Positions 36,820 through 52,055 of a DNA stretch of 64,000 nt are shown here, in pieces. The translations under genes and the position numbers were made by a program. How positions within the stretch are numbered: the stretch's first letter is position 1; the number at the start of each line of letters is the position of its first letter. The stretch is taken from positions 68,882,001 to 68,946,000 of the forward strand of contig NC_043001.1 in the NCBI RefSeq assembly GCF_006345805.1, read 5' to 3'. Origin of the DNA: Octopus sinensis. Taxonomy: Eukaryota. Below the pieces are notes generated by a model, which ran no database searches, had not been told where the DNA came from, and saw only the letters and a list, made by a program, of their open reading frames with translations.

Positions 36820-38740
36820 TTTTTCTTTTATTATTTTCGGCCAACTGGTGCACTGCCATTAGTTTCCCTAAACCTTCACTACTTGAAAACTTTTAGTGAA
36901 TGTGGGTATTTAATGTTGATGCTGTCATCTGCGATTCTTGATGCAAGGTAGCTTCATTTGGAAGAAATTCCATATTGTTTTTAACTTATGTGTTTATCTC
37001 AGGCTTTTGGGAGGATATTGAAGAGATGTGGACACTTGAAAGCCGAGCTGTGTCCTCTTGACCATCACTCATTATTTGCTTTATTTTGGCTACTACTACC
37101 GGATTTCTATATTTAAGAAAGTCGTATAACCACTTTCTAAATTTTCCGTTTATGTTGATATCCCCCAGCTTGTAACATATAATAGGGTCTTCATTGTCAA
37201 AGCCTTTTTCAAAGTATAGTCATACCATACTCACATTTGATTTGTTGAGCAGTTGCTTTAACATCCAGTTATAGTGGTGTTAGAGTTGTGCCAGACAGCC
37301 TCTACCTATGCAAAAACCAGGCTAGGTTTCAATCAGCAAGTCATTCTCTTCACGAAATGCAAGTACTTTTATTCGGACTATTTGTTTCATGACTTTGCTA
37401 ATGTGTGCTGTCAGAGAGACAGTCCTATAAATTTCAGCATCTATTCTATTTCCTCATTTATTGGATAGGACATATTATTCCGTTCTTCAATTTGCCTGCT
37501 AGCGTACTACATGCAAGGAAGCACCGAAAGAGAAGCTGCATTGCTTTTGCAAGGGCTCGTTTGCATGATCCGAGAAGGATTTTTTGGAATTCATCAGGAC
37601 CATCAGCTGAGATTGAACCTACTTCATCTACGGCCAGTATTACATCTTAAGTGATGTCGATGTAATCATTCATTACTACCTGTCTCTTTACATCTGTAGG
37701 GGTAAGAAAAGAACAAAGCCCTACAGAATTGCTGACTTGCATGATAAATAACACATTTGATTTGTTCGTTCAGAATTCTACTAAACTTTATTGGGTTTCC
37801 CGCGAGGGCATCTTTTTAGAGGTGTGGTCCAACCCCGCAACAGACGGAAGCTGTTTCTATGGCATATTTAAAGAAGACTTTAGAGTTTTATTTTTTATTT
37901 TTTATAAGCCAAGGTCTTTTCCTCTTTTTTCCGTGCAGACTTTTCTCAATCTCCAGCCATGTTGTTTTCAGACATGGTTTGACATTGAATTGTCTGTTTA
38001 GGCGGTATGTCTGTACGTCTTCTCGTATGAACTTTCCTATCGCTGGAAATTTTGTTTGTATGTGCAGTGGCCTTTGGCATTGGGACAAACTTGTAGCATA
38101 TAGCTTGCATTACGGACATGAATTCCATGTAAGGTATGGAGATACGCTGAAGCCAATCCTGTTTGATGAACTGTTTCTCAATCGATTTCCAGTCTGTGTT
38201 TTAGCAGTTAACACTGGATAGAATTTAGGTGTTTCTCTTAGGTTGTATATCTGCAGGTTTCTCATTTCCATATTGGTCAGCCCTGTTATATCGTTATCTA
38301 AGACTTGCCTCGTTGTCATTTGTACATTATAAATTAGATCCATACTGTTTGTGAAGCAGAAATCAAGTATATTGTTTGCCCTGTTTAATTCGCGTACTAC
38401 TTGCTCCAAATATAATATGTTAGGAAATTTGGGCAGGTTAAAATCACCTACCAGAAGTACACTAATGTTTTGTTCTTAATTGGTTAGGACTTCTATTTTG
38501 GCAAAGAGGTCTTCAAATAAGCCCGTATGATTTGGAGTATCTGATAGACGTAATACATATTTCTGTTTCGAGTTGTCTTATATGTGCAATTAGTGTGTTA
38601 CAAACCGAGTTTGAATATGACAAAAAAGCCTGGAATGTGAGGTCTGCACAAATGTTCATTGCAACTCCAGCATAACTCCCGTCCTTTCAGTCGTTCGCAT
38701 TATAAAATACTTTGGTATGTGTATTTCTGCATCTGCAATG
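36820..38740 (-). mobile_element. CR1-type LINE ORF2 remnant
   Basis: APE motifs DAEIHIP, VLLVGDFNLP, NRANNILDFCFTN (ORF 38110-38409); RT N-terminal ADGPDEF, KKAFD; C-terminal RT apparently deleted before the 3' end. Confidence 0.8.
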
Positions 38741-38999
38741 TCAGATTACAGGTGCGATTTGGCTGGTGAGAGTCATGCATAAGGTTTGATAGCATGCCCA
38801 TCTCAATGCCATGCATAAAAGAGATTGTTGCTCGGTTGCAGCCCTTAAATATACTCGAACATAAACACAATTATATATATAAACACATGAACATAAACAC
38901 ATAATTACACACACACACACACACACACGCACACACACACATACACACACATACACATATATATATATATATATATATATTCACATATAAAAGCAGTCT

Positions 39000-39130
39000 A
39001 CTTCTCAAGGATATGGTTCGGAGTTCAGTCTCACTGCGTGTAACCAGAAGCAAGTGTCTTCTACTATAAACTTAGACCTTGTGAATGCATTTGGTACACA
39101 GACACTGAGATAAGCCTGTCGCATATATAT
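39000..39130 (+). mobile_element. Decayed S2 SINE (continues to about 39670)
   Basis: ATGGTTCGGAGTTCAGTCTCACTGCGTG...GCAAGTGTCTTCTACTATA. Confidence 0.7.
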
Positions 39131-39147
39131 ATGTATATATATGTGTA

Positions 39148-39180
<33 letters not shown>

Positions 39181-40039
39181 CTGTGTGTCTGTGTATGTGT
39201 GCATGAGTAGGTGTGTGTATTTCTGTGCGTGTCTGTGTGTGTTTGTGCCTGTGTATGTGTGTATGTATATATATATTAAAATTTTGCAAAAGTAACTGAG
39301 TTTCGTGCGTTGGCACTTAACAAACTAATGCCAACACAAGAAACTCTTGGACCTTGAGTCTCTCTTGTGTCTACTAAATATTAATAAAAATATACATATA
39401 CTCATATGTTTAGTTCTATTTTCCATGTTTCCATCACCAAAGTTGTATATATGTATATATGTGTGTGGCTTTTGTCTCTGCGTCCCCACTGCCACTAACG
39501 CTTGGCAATCCCGGCTGGAGTGTTTATATCCTAGTAACATAGCAGTTCAGCAAAAGAGAGCGCTAGAATAAGTCCAACTTGAAAAAGAAAATTAAGCATT
39601 GCGGTGGATTTGTTCGATTAAAATTTCTTTAAGATGTTGCCTCTGCAAGGCCGGAATCCAGTGAGTGATTAAATGATTAAATATTTGTGCGTGCCTATAT
39701 TGCAATTAAAACTCGCACCGAATTGTTGAGAGACTGTGTCATGCATATAACTAGATTGGTGTGTCTAAGAAAATTTCTGTGCGAGCCAGTGTGATAAATT
39801 AGTTAACGTGTCAATACATGCAATGAATTTTATCAAAACCTAATTAAAATTTAATTTAATTTGATTATTATCTAATGAACTAACGGGAGATGCTCTACTA
39901 TATCGCTCGACGTACTAAACATAGCGGTTGTATGTCCCTCAAATAGTGGCTTAATTATACTATTGCTAGAAACAAAGTCGTGGTGGGCTTGGCTTGAAAA
40001 ATTTTGTTATAGACGTTCTATTTCAGTTTATAAATGGGA

Positions 40040-40420
40040 TTACACAACAACAATAACCCTAACCCTGCTTTGACATGAATCAGAATCACATACATTCAGA
40101 CATGCTGGTGAAGACGAAAGAAAATGGGATGGTAAAAAGACGCACGGGCAGTTTGCGTGAGAAGTAACAGAACTATAATGCCAATGGAAGGTCGCACTGA
40201 TTAAAAACATGAGTGAATTCAAGCCAAGTACAGAATCGCTTCTCTGCTCCGTGCGGGATAATGTACTTAGGAGAAATGAAACTAAACGTGTGATTTACAG
40301 TGCACCAGAAAGTGACAAATGCAGGGTGTATAGTGATAAAGGTGATGCTGCATGGCGTATTGAGAATGAATGCAAGAAGCTTAGCCCAAAAGAATACCGA
40401 ATTACACTTGATATATAACC
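40040..40420 (+). mobile_element. Old R4/Dong-type LINE fragment (pre-RLE zinc-knuckle region)
   Basis: KKWDGKKTHGQF and ORF 40209-40418 (FKPSTESLLCS...DKCRV...CKKLSPKEY). Confidence 0.65.
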
Positions 40421-40979
40421 ACATACAGGCATAAATACAGGAACCGAAGCACAACTTTCTCCGATATCAGAAGGTTCCATTATAAATATCAACTAAAACA
40501 TAGACTACTATACATTTCACAATGGATAGTGTATTCCCAGGTTCAAATAAACATAGTCTGAGAATAACATAGGGAATTTCCATGTTTTGAACATCTTTTT
40601 TGTTTGGTCGATTTATACTTGGTGTAAGCATCACAATCATCCTTCACAACCACAACACCAAAAACAATATCAACGGTAACGCCAGTAGCATGGTTATTAC
40701 GCAGTAGGTTTAGTACAGTAAATCAACTTGACGCTGTAACCTGGCAAATACATACCTTCAGAGAAGACAAATAACTTGTAAACATTTCCGGTCAAAACTT
40801 TTAATTCTAAAGAGAAATTCTACTTATCGGTTTCGGATAATTTGACAAAGATAACAGAAACTGATATTATCCATACGGATAAACTGTACGTACACTTAAT
40901 TACCCACACAAAGACATACAAGCATACACAAACACACTCACATATATACACGCTCAAAAATACATACACACCTATAAAA

Positions 40980-41100
<121 letters not shown>

Positions 41101-41245
41101 CTGTGTGTGTGTACATATGTATTATGAATATGTGCTCGCATATTACCATACACGTGACTGAATACATACACACACACACTTATATATATATAAACAAGGT
41201 GCAAAGATAGTGAAGATTCAGTAAACACCACGTGGCAAAATTATG

Positions 41246-42704
41246 GTTGAAAATATGTGGAAAAAAAGTTAAAGAGAAATGCCTTCGTTTCATATAGTTT
41301 AATATGTTTTTATAAATATATACATATTATATGGAATATAACATGGAAAAGGTACCTAGACGATTGTTTTTTCATCTAGAATGAAGCCTGTGATAAACTC
41401 CTGGATTTCAAATCCACACTAAACAATATAAACTTCAGCATCCAATTTACAATGGAATATAGTAAGGAACAGCTCCCATTTCTGGACATTTTGATTTTTT
41501 AAAAGTCCAACAACCAAATTGCAACCGACATTTACTACAAACTAACAGACTCAAAACATTATCTCCTTTTCAGTTCATGCCATCCTAAACACACCAAAAT
41601 AAATATCCATTCAATCTAGCAAAAAGGATCTGTATAATTGTATCTGACACAACCACTCGGGAACTTTGCCTCCAAGAACTTAAAATAACACTCATTGAAC
41701 GTCAATACCCACCTACACTTATAGAACATGGAATTAAGCGTGCCAAGAAATTGGACACAAACGCACTCAGGACAACAATACAAAACACCACACCTCACCT
41801 TAAATCACTCCCATACATATCAACCCACAACCCCAGAAACAATGAAGCATACAACACAATTATACAAAATCTCCTTCTGTTCACTCAAGACCCGAAAATG
41901 AACAACATCCTAAATACACACAAACAACTAAAATGCAAAAGACAAGACAAATTACTCAAGAGACTATTAACAAATGCAAACCTATACTCAATACAAACGA
42001 TACCAACAGCTAAAAATGCAAACGACCTAATTGTGGTACATGTCCATACCTAGCTGAAGGCTCGGAATTCACATTCCAGCAAGGACAAATATTCTCAATT
42101 AAGACCAACTTCATATGTGCTTCGCAGAACCTTATCTATATCCTAACCTGCTCAGATTGTGGCCACAATTATGTGGGTCAAACGAGCCTTGCTTTGAGGC
42201 GCAGAGTCACCCTACATAAAGAATAGATTCGTTTCCTCGATACAGGCAGATAGCACTGAGCGGACATATCGACAAATGCTTAAGTAATAGAAGCCCGAAC
42301 TTTCATATCTTCCCATTATACCAATGCAAAGATTCAATCTCAGTATAAGAACGCCTAAACAGGGAAAACCTGTTCATTCAAAAGTACAGACCACATCTCA
42401 ATATACAAATTTGATCATTTTAAAAATTATACTAAGGAGCCAGTTGTTCCTCTTGCCACCTGTTGTTTCCCTTGGTTCACTCTCTAGACTCATAATTCTT
42501 ATTCTCCAAACATCCAAAATGACGAGATCCCTCCGTCACGAGAACTGATTACTATACAATGTCCCTTGAAAAGCTAATTTAAATAGTGAAAACCGGTTGG
42601 ATTTCACGACATCATATAATATATATATATTTATAAAAAGATATTAAACTGTATGAAACGAAGACATTTCTCTTCCACTTTTTATATTTTTTCCACATAT
42701 TTTC

Positions 42705-42707
<3 letters not shown>
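41246..42707 (+). mobile_element. Penelope-like element, 5'-truncated, bracketed by ~90-bp inverted repeats
   Basis: RT WKRYLDDCF, LPFLDIL, TDIYYK, SSCHPKH; CxxC linker CKRPNCGTCPYL; GIY-YIG NLIYILTCSDCGHNYVGQT; arms 41246-41333 and 42613-42707. Confidence 0.85.
42561..42601 (+). ncRNA. Degenerate type I hammerhead motif at the PLE 3' end
   Basis: Stem I GTCC/GGAT, core CTTGAAAA, stem II GCTA/TAGT, GAAA, palindromic stem III AACCGGTT. Confidence 0.55.
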
Positions 42708-42749
<42 letters not shown>

Positions 42750-43179
42750 TACATGCACAAAAGCGCGTGCACACGCACATATACCTACACGCACACAGGC
42801 ACGTTCACATCCATGTGTAATGACTTAACCATATTTCGAACCGTATTTCTCAATGACAATAGAAGCATAATTTAAAATAATGAACATTACTTTATTATCA
42901 TTTTGAAAGTTTTGCCACAGCCATCTTAGCCTCTAGAGCCACATTGCTATGACTCATCATTTACATATATTAATATGCGCATGCTCTTAGGTTACAGAAA
43001 GTACATCTACAAATCAACGTACACAATAATAAGCAAGATATTCCAGGTAGAAACAAGTATGAGCGATCTTTCAAACATTAAGTATTCGAAGAGATGTAGT
43101 GTTTGATTTTAAAAGGATATCGGTGACGATTTAAATTTAGTGATATATGTATATGTATATGTATATGTATATATATATG

Positions 43180-43309
<130 letters not shown>

Positions 43310-43586
43310 CATACACATATGTACATAAATGCATACACGTGGGGACTATGTCCTCAGATGTCGATATATTGAGGAGCAGACATTACACTTTCAATGAATT
43401 GAATATATTCTGAAAGAAAAAAGAAATATGGAAGTGTTCGCCTTTGGCGATCTAACTAGCGGTAAAGTGGAAGGAAACTTCTCTGTGGCGAGGATACTGA
43501 AAATAATATGATTTCGAATATACATATATATATATATGCATGTGTGTGTATGTGTGTTTATATGCATACATTCGTACATACATAAT

Positions 43587-43620
<34 letters not shown>

Positions 43621-43921
43621 GTATATATACACATACGATTATACACATACGAGCAACCATATATTCATTTGTCGACGCTTGCACTCATGCATACATCTGT
43701 CAACCCCACTCACACATACACTCTTACCAGTCATATATCTAATGTTTCGCAAGTCCCTTTAAAGACTTGCCTGAGAGTAAGACGCCACCAGCTTCCTGTC
43801 CCGTCACGTGGTCCAAGAAATTTTCGTTTCTAATGCATTTAAATGTAATAGAAATGTCGCGCAAGGCTACTATAAAATACATAGGAAACTCTAAGTCTTA
43901 TGAGGCAGAACCAAAGTGTTT

Positions 43922-44002
<81 letters not shown>

Positions 44003-44017
44003 TTAATGATAATAATA

Positions 44018-44053
<36 letters not shown>

Positions 44054-44082
44054 TAATAATAATAATAATAATAATAATATAA

Positions 44083-44151
<69 letters not shown>

Positions 44152-44169
44152 AAGAAGAAGAAGAAGAAG
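43922..44169. repeat. (AAT)n-(AAG)n compound microsatellite at the 5' flank of LINE F
   Basis: Directly visible. Confidence 0.95.
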
Positions 44170-47100
44170 ATTCAGCTCCGTACTGAATAACAACATGGAT
44201 ATGTTACACCGGGCTCTCTATTAAAAAAACAAATCTAATTTAATAACGTCGGTGGAACGGGTAAAATAACCTGTGTAAGACTTGAAGGAAGCGGCCTTTT
44301 AGCGAAAATAGTCACAAAAACGAAATTTTGCTGCCATGTAAAGCACAGTTTCTCCTATGCATCATGTCTCAGTGAAACATGCGCTAAATACACTCACGAA
44401 ATGAACATCGGAAAGTTTACAAATTATAAAATATAAATGCAACAAAACAGTAAGTACATAAATTCATAAATTATGCATACAATCGAATGTCTAACATTCA
44501 TATATACATTTTAATACCCATAAGACTACACTTATATCCCAATGGTTACACAACTACATGAAATTTACAGGATACACATAAACACGTATGAAAACACGTG
44601 CACAAACAAAGCAAAAACCACCAGTTTTTTAGTTTTCGTACTAACACAGACAGAGTGAACAATTCATAAGTTTAAAAACACCACAAAAAATGACTATGCC
44701 CAGAGAAAAATCTTTACACGAAAATATGCAGACGAATGCAGATCTGTTAGCCTTAAGAAGCTATGTTACGAGCAATCTTTTCATTTAGAGAACTCGGAGG
44801 CGGTGTTGTCTCAAAAAATTAATCCTAAACAGTCACATCCATCCACTAATGTCAACGTCAAAGTTCGTGATGATAACAATGCAAAATACAAACCATATCG
44901 GCCGTCATCTGGATCATCAAGGACCGCGTACTCGAATGATGAACCAGATTGCGTACGAAAAATCAGCTACAGGCTCAAATCTTCCCGAAACACAGGAGCT
45001 GGAAATACTCCACAATCGGAATATTCCAACAAATGGCCATCCATGATCGTCATCAAATAACCAAAAGAAATAGAATTGAAAATGATCTAGAGGACATAAT
45101 AAAGAAGTTCTTTAGGCTTTCTCTCGTGCCATGTAATTCCTCACAAATAAATCTAATACTGTACAAACCTACTTAAATTGGAGGCAGAAATACCTTGAAG
45201 TACGACCCTACATAGACAGTAGCAAACTTGCTGGCGTCAGAAGAAACATTATAAAAAAGAAATTACTAACTTAATTAGAGACTGACCAAATTAAACAGTG
45301 AGTAAATGATAAAATGGACGAAGCTGCCGCGAAAGAAGTTACTACAGAGTAAATAATTATAGACCAACCCAGATCTGATAAAAATACAATAATATTTGAA
45401 AGAGGTAATGTAACTGATAAGCAAAGCGAAATATTCTCGAAACCAGCCAGAAACACTAAGGCAGATGAAAATCAAATAAATGAGAAAATTCACGCAGAAA
45501 TTGACCCAACAGAACTACATAATCTAAAACATCAAGTCATGATTGAATGGCTGAAAATTTAAGAAATCTGTATGAATGTACGCGGCACTCTCCCGAAAAA
45601 TTCGCACTTCTGACCAAAATCTGAAAGTAATTGGCAACATCTGCCTTGCACTTAAGGATATAATTTCAGTTAATGATGTTGATATTACATATATATCTGT
45701 ACTATGCATCCGCGAAAATCTCAACGATTCTATGTGGTGAAAAGATTAGAAAACGACAACATTCCCACAAAAAGCCTACTTGGCAAGAGCGTATTCAACA
45801 CCAAATTCAACTGCTTAGGTCTCACATAGAATGTTTAAAACACTTTAAGTTTGACTAGACTATCAAAACAACAAAAATCCAAATATTAAAGAAAAAATAT
45901 ATGAAAACCATACTTGACATCGATACCATCATAGAAACTATCAAGCAGAAGGTTCGTACTAAAGCTGCCCGTATAGAAAGGTATGAAAAGCACGTTAGAT
46001 ACTTGAAAGACATGTTAAAAAATGATCCAAAAACGTTTTTACAGGAATATAGGGAAAATACCAGTTACAGTAAAATCTGTCCCATCAAAAGAAGAAGTGC
46101 AGGAATTTTGGAATAAAATTTGGGGAGAAGTAAAAATACACAATTAAAAGGCCTCTTGGTTTGATAGAATATCTACAGACTTAGACACTTTAGAAGAGCA
46201 AATGTGTGAAGATATCAAGGTAGAGGATGTGCGATCTGCTCCCAGAAAATCAAGCAGATGAAAGTCTCCAGCAAAGGATAAAATTCCTAACTTCTGGTTG
46301 AATTCCTTCCTAAAGAGGTGTGATCTGCTAACAAAAGTTTACAGTGATGATTTGCAACAACCTAGTATGATTCCCTTCTGGTTAGCTAATGGTGTAACAT
46401 TCCTACTTCCAAAAAATGAAGAAACAAACGAACCAAGAAAGTATAGACCCATAACCTGCTTCACCACAATGTATTAAATACTAACATCTGTCGACTGAAT
46501 ATACCTATAGTTTTTTAATTAGAAAGTGGCATATTCCCTAATAAGAAAAAGGATGTAAACGCGGGTCCTATGGTTGTAAAGATCAGCTACTCATCAATAA
46601 GGTGATCTCGGAATTTTTTTACAAACTACACAAAACGTTGTCGATAGCAGGATAGACTATAAAAAAATGTTGATAGTCTACCACATAGCTGGATTAAGAA
46701 ATGTCTGGAAATGTATAAAATAGCACCTACTCTGCGAAACATCCTGTCTATAAGTATGAGATCATGTTGAACCATACTGACTTTGAACAGTGACAATGAA
46801 TCTCTTAACGCTGGAGATGTAAGAATTTCATGTGGCATCTTCCAGGATGACTCTCTATCATCACTCCTCTTTTGTCTAGCCTTAATGCCTCTCTCGAAAT
46901 TGCTTGATGATGTATGATACGACTATAAAACGTTTGATAAAAATACAAATCATCTCATTTACATGGATGATTTAAAACTCTTTGCAAAAAATGAACAACA
47001 ACTACAGGACTTACTAGCGACTGTTAAACGATTCAGTGATGATTGTTAAACAATTCAGTGATGAATTTTTAAGCAGTTCAGGATGCAATTTGGCCTCGAT

Positions 47101-48653
47101 AAATGTGTAAAAGCTACCTTTACCAAAGTTAAAATGACAGAAACATCCAACGTAATCTTGAGCATCAGAATGTCATAAAGGAGTTCGAACCAGTTGAGAG
47201 ATACAAATACCTATTTGAAGGAGACGGAATCAAACATTCAGTGATGAAGGGAAGGATCAGAAGAGAATGTTATCGCAGGGTAAAGGCAATACTCAAGTCA
47301 TAGCTGAATGTAAGAAACAGGATCGAAGCGATCAATACTTTAGCCACACAAGTCGTGTCTTACAGTTTCAATATCATTAACTGGTCAATCACTGAAATAT
47401 GTAATCTTGACAGAAAAATATGAAAATTGTTGACAATACATAGAATGCACCACCCTAAGGCAGATATAGAACGACTTTACCTGCCAAGAAAGGAGGAAAG
47501 ATTTCCACTATTAGACTAGACACCTACCTGAAAATCTCTGATAACTGGATGTTAAAACGTGTCTCAAAGCATGGAAACATACTCAGTAATAAAACAAGTA
47601 AAGGAAAATCTAAGTGAATTCCAAATACAACAAATTCCAGAATTAGACGTACTAGAAAAAGCACAGAAAAAGCTATGCGTAAGAAAACCCGTGCTAAAAC
47701 TGCTGCTTTAGATATTCTTACTGATAAATGACAAGAAAAACCTCTCAATGGTAAATACCCAAAGAGAGCTAATAGTGTCGATGTTGACAAAGACCTTACC
47801 CATTAATGGTTAGTGTCTTCTGACTTAAAATCAAAAACAGAAGGGTTTATCATAGCAGCCCAAAATCAATGCCTACCTACAAGGAACTACCAGGCCAACA
47901 TATTAAAGAATGATAGTAGCCCAACATGTCATGTATGTCAAAAACAAAATGAAACCCTTGATCATGTTTTCTCCATGTACAGCAAGCATGATAGAGCAGC
48001 ACAATATACTCACTGGGTAATTTGCAAAAAACTTGGACCTGCCCCATCATAAAAAATGGTGGGAACACAAACCACCTCTAGTGTTTGAAAATGATCACAT
48101 CTCACTCCTCTAGTACTTCATCATTCAAACTGACAGGAAGACAGATGCGAATAGGCCAGACATTATATTGAAAGACCTCATAAAAAATCATGCCCCTCAT
48201 TGATATGACTGTCCCAATCGACATAAGTGTGTCTTTTAAGACCTTCCAAAAACTAAGCAAGTACGAAAATCTTGAAATAGAAATTGCCAAAATGTGGACC
48301 CTCAAGAATAAAACAATGCCTGTTGTCATAGGTGCCCTAGGAATGATAGCAAAAGGGGCTGATTCCTACCTAGCTCAGTTACCAGGAAACCTCAAAAGGG
48401 CAGAAATTCAAAAGATAGTGCTCATGGGAACCGACCACACCCTACGTAAAATACTCTTTATGTAATCTCAAATTTTAAAACAAACTCATAATTTTCTTGT
48501 TTTCTTAAACATTCTCTAGAAAAATACTATGTTAAAAACCAAATATATAACACTCTGGGCATAACACCAACATAAACTTCTAACTTGTTGTCTCTTGAGG
48601 TATCTGGGTGAGACTTAGAGTCAACTTGTACAAATACAAATCAAAAGTCAAGC

Positions 48654-48654
<1 letters not shown>
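44170..48654 (+). mobile_element. Essentially full-length, decayed R4/Dong-type RLE LINE (copy F, ~4.5 kb)
   Basis: KYRPITC, GCKRGSYGCKDQL, GIFQDDSLS, YMDDLKLF (~46960); ORF 47813-48052 zinc-knuckle region; RLE RPDIIL...LIDMTVP...VVIGALG (ORF 48190-48465); (AAT)n tail 48655-48850. Confidence 0.9.
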
Positions 48655-48723
<69 letters not shown>

Positions 48724-48742
48724 TAACAATAACAATAATAAC

Positions 48743-49040
<298 letters not shown>

Positions 49041-49041
49041 C

Positions 49042-49083
<42 letters not shown>

Positions 49084-49104
49084 ATGTATAACAGATAAAT
49101 ATCA

Positions 49105-49603
<499 letters not shown>

Positions 49604-49707
49604 TGTGTGTGTGTGAATGTATACAGAGACACACACACATACATATAACTAATATAGACAGCAGTGTGCAATGTGTTACCAAAAAGGAAAACTATAATTG
49701 TCATTAA

Positions 49708-50105
49708 ATATGAGTAAAGGTGTTAAGGCACCTACATTGCTAGAAATAAGAGCTAAAGTGCTCTAATGCTGCAGTCAAAACCCATAATTGTATACATATT
49801 TATTGACAGAGACAGCTGCCTATTTTAATTCTTTGTATCCATATAAATCATCCATATATTTCTATGGCGAATACATACATTCTGAGAGTGAATTTCGTCC
49901 GGAATCAGCCGAGTCGTGCTGTTCCTAGTGATAAGGCTACGGCGAAAGCCGAAAGTGATCAACCGGTATAGGGAAATCTCGACTGCTGCCTTCGGGTGGT
50001 TACGGTTACTATCAGTATATGTCTATACACTTAAGTGCTTTGACTACAACAACAGTCTAGCTTTCATTTCTAGCAATGTAGGTGTTCTAACACCCTTAGT
50101 CATAT
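49708..50105 (+). mobile_element. Short inverted-repeat-bracketed element containing a hammerhead relic
   Basis: Arms 49708-49780 and 50038-50105; at 49922-49973 stem I CCTA/TAGG, core GTGATAA, stem II GGCT/AGCC, GAAA, GTA triplet. Confidence 0.65.
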
Positions 50106-50501
50106 ATGTGCATGTGCATATATATATATATATATATGTACTTATGTATGCGTATATACATATGTATATATGTGTATGTAGAGTATATATATATAGATGT
50201 GTGTATGTGTGTGTATGTGTGTGTGTGCGCATGTGTGTGCGTGTGCATTTCTGTTAACATTCCGTATACCTCCACCAACTGTTCGTCTTTAATATCCAGA
50301 GGAAACCCGTACGACATTTTTTAACCTGTATAAATGCCCAAATATTTCTCTAAGAAACGTAAAATCGACACAACTTATGTACATTTGATATAGCTTAGAT
50401 AAACCATTTTAAGCGTTCCAATGAAAATACTACTGCTCGTACAACTAGGTTTCACAAATATAGTAGCACTCTATTATTAACAAATGCACCAACGTCTCGT
50501 G

Positions 50502-50571
<70 letters not shown>

Positions 50572-51262
50572 GTGTGTATGTGTATGTGAGTTAAAAATGA
50601 CTTCAATTCCGGTGGTACCGTTTGCTATAACTCTCTAAGTCACTTTATCATTTCACCTCTGAAATTTACAATCTCCTCAAGTATTAACATGTCATGAAGA
50701 TCCACTAACCTGGAACCAAATCCCAGAAAGTCTCCATTACACACACACACACACACATCACACACACATCACACACACACACATCACACACACATCACAC
50801 ACACACGCACACACGTACGCGCGCGCAAACAGGGTCTTAGACAGAGATTGTATGGTACCTGTTACAAAATATCCTGGTATATTTCTCAGTTCTTTAAGCC
50901 TCCTATACACAATTCCCTTTTATGGTCACATCTATATTTCTGAAGACATTATACAAAAGAAACCCAATATATTCAAAGCCAACATATATACGTCTTTTTC
51001 CCGGACTTCGTCATTTGCTACAATGCTTCAACCCTCTCTCAGCCAGCAACTAATTGTCCCCTGCAGTCGATCCTCACGCGCAACACGTTCTCTGGCTCCT
51101 TCAACTGAGGTACACATTACAAGTATTCAGTTGTCCATATTAGTCCTCAATTTGATAAGCTGAATCGCAATCTAATGAACGATTTTCTTTGATATACACA
51201 AACGTATATGTATATACACATGTGTGTATGTGTGTATGCGTGTATGTGTGTGTGTGTGCATG

Positions 51263-51293
<31 letters not shown>

Positions 51294-51646
51294 ACAATGC
51301 TTTCGTTTCGGTACAGCTATCCTAATAACCTGCTGTTAGAACCGCGATATCCATATGATTCTGAATAAAGCATTAGTCGAATACAGAGCACAATGCAAGA
51401 TTAATGAAATAACAGAACATGAGAGATACACAATGGAAATCATTCGGTTATAGCTCTTGTGAACCTAAGAAGCAGCGCATTCAGAACTGAGTGCTTAGGC
51501 ACACACAAGCATCACGCATATAAATGTATGTAAGTATATGTATATGCACCTCACCCCAAATATATATATAAATGGAGATTTCCGTAGTGTTTTAGTGACT
51601 CGGCATTAATTTCAAGCATGCAGGTGATGGGCGTTTAGCCTTATTC

Positions 51647-51719
<73 letters not shown>

Positions 51720-51833
51720 TGTTAAGTGTCTTTGATATCATCTGTTTAATTAAACATTATTGCACAGGGTCCTGAAAGATTTATATACAAATGTGCGTGG
51801 TAACATTTCGATAAGGCGTAGTGTAACAATTCA

Positions 51834-52055
51834 TATGCGAGGGGTGCTGAAAAGTTCCTAACTGTGGGTAAAATAAAATACTGTAGGATCTCTTAATTAT
51901 GATTTTATTCAACATATTCCCCTCTCAGATTCTCATATCCATTGCAGCCATCCTTATATTTTTCCAAGCACTGTAGAAAAACCTCAGAAATTTGGGCCTC
52001 CAATCTGACCTTTCGCGTCACCATTTAAGCCCTAACTTTTCAGCAGCCCCTCATA
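51834..52055. mobile_element. mariner-derived MITE (~220 bp)
   Basis: TA-TGCGAGGGGTGCTGAAAAGTT ... AACTTTTCAGCAGCCCCTCA-TA. Confidence 0.8.

Noticed and set aside
47021-47063. ~20-bp tandem duplication inside the RT of LINE F; similar small duplications at 16690-16750 and 60462-60495
   Set aside because: Ordinary slippage events
50852-51163. 103-aa non-repetitive ORF
   Set aside because: No recognisable motif; this length can arise by chance in 64 kb
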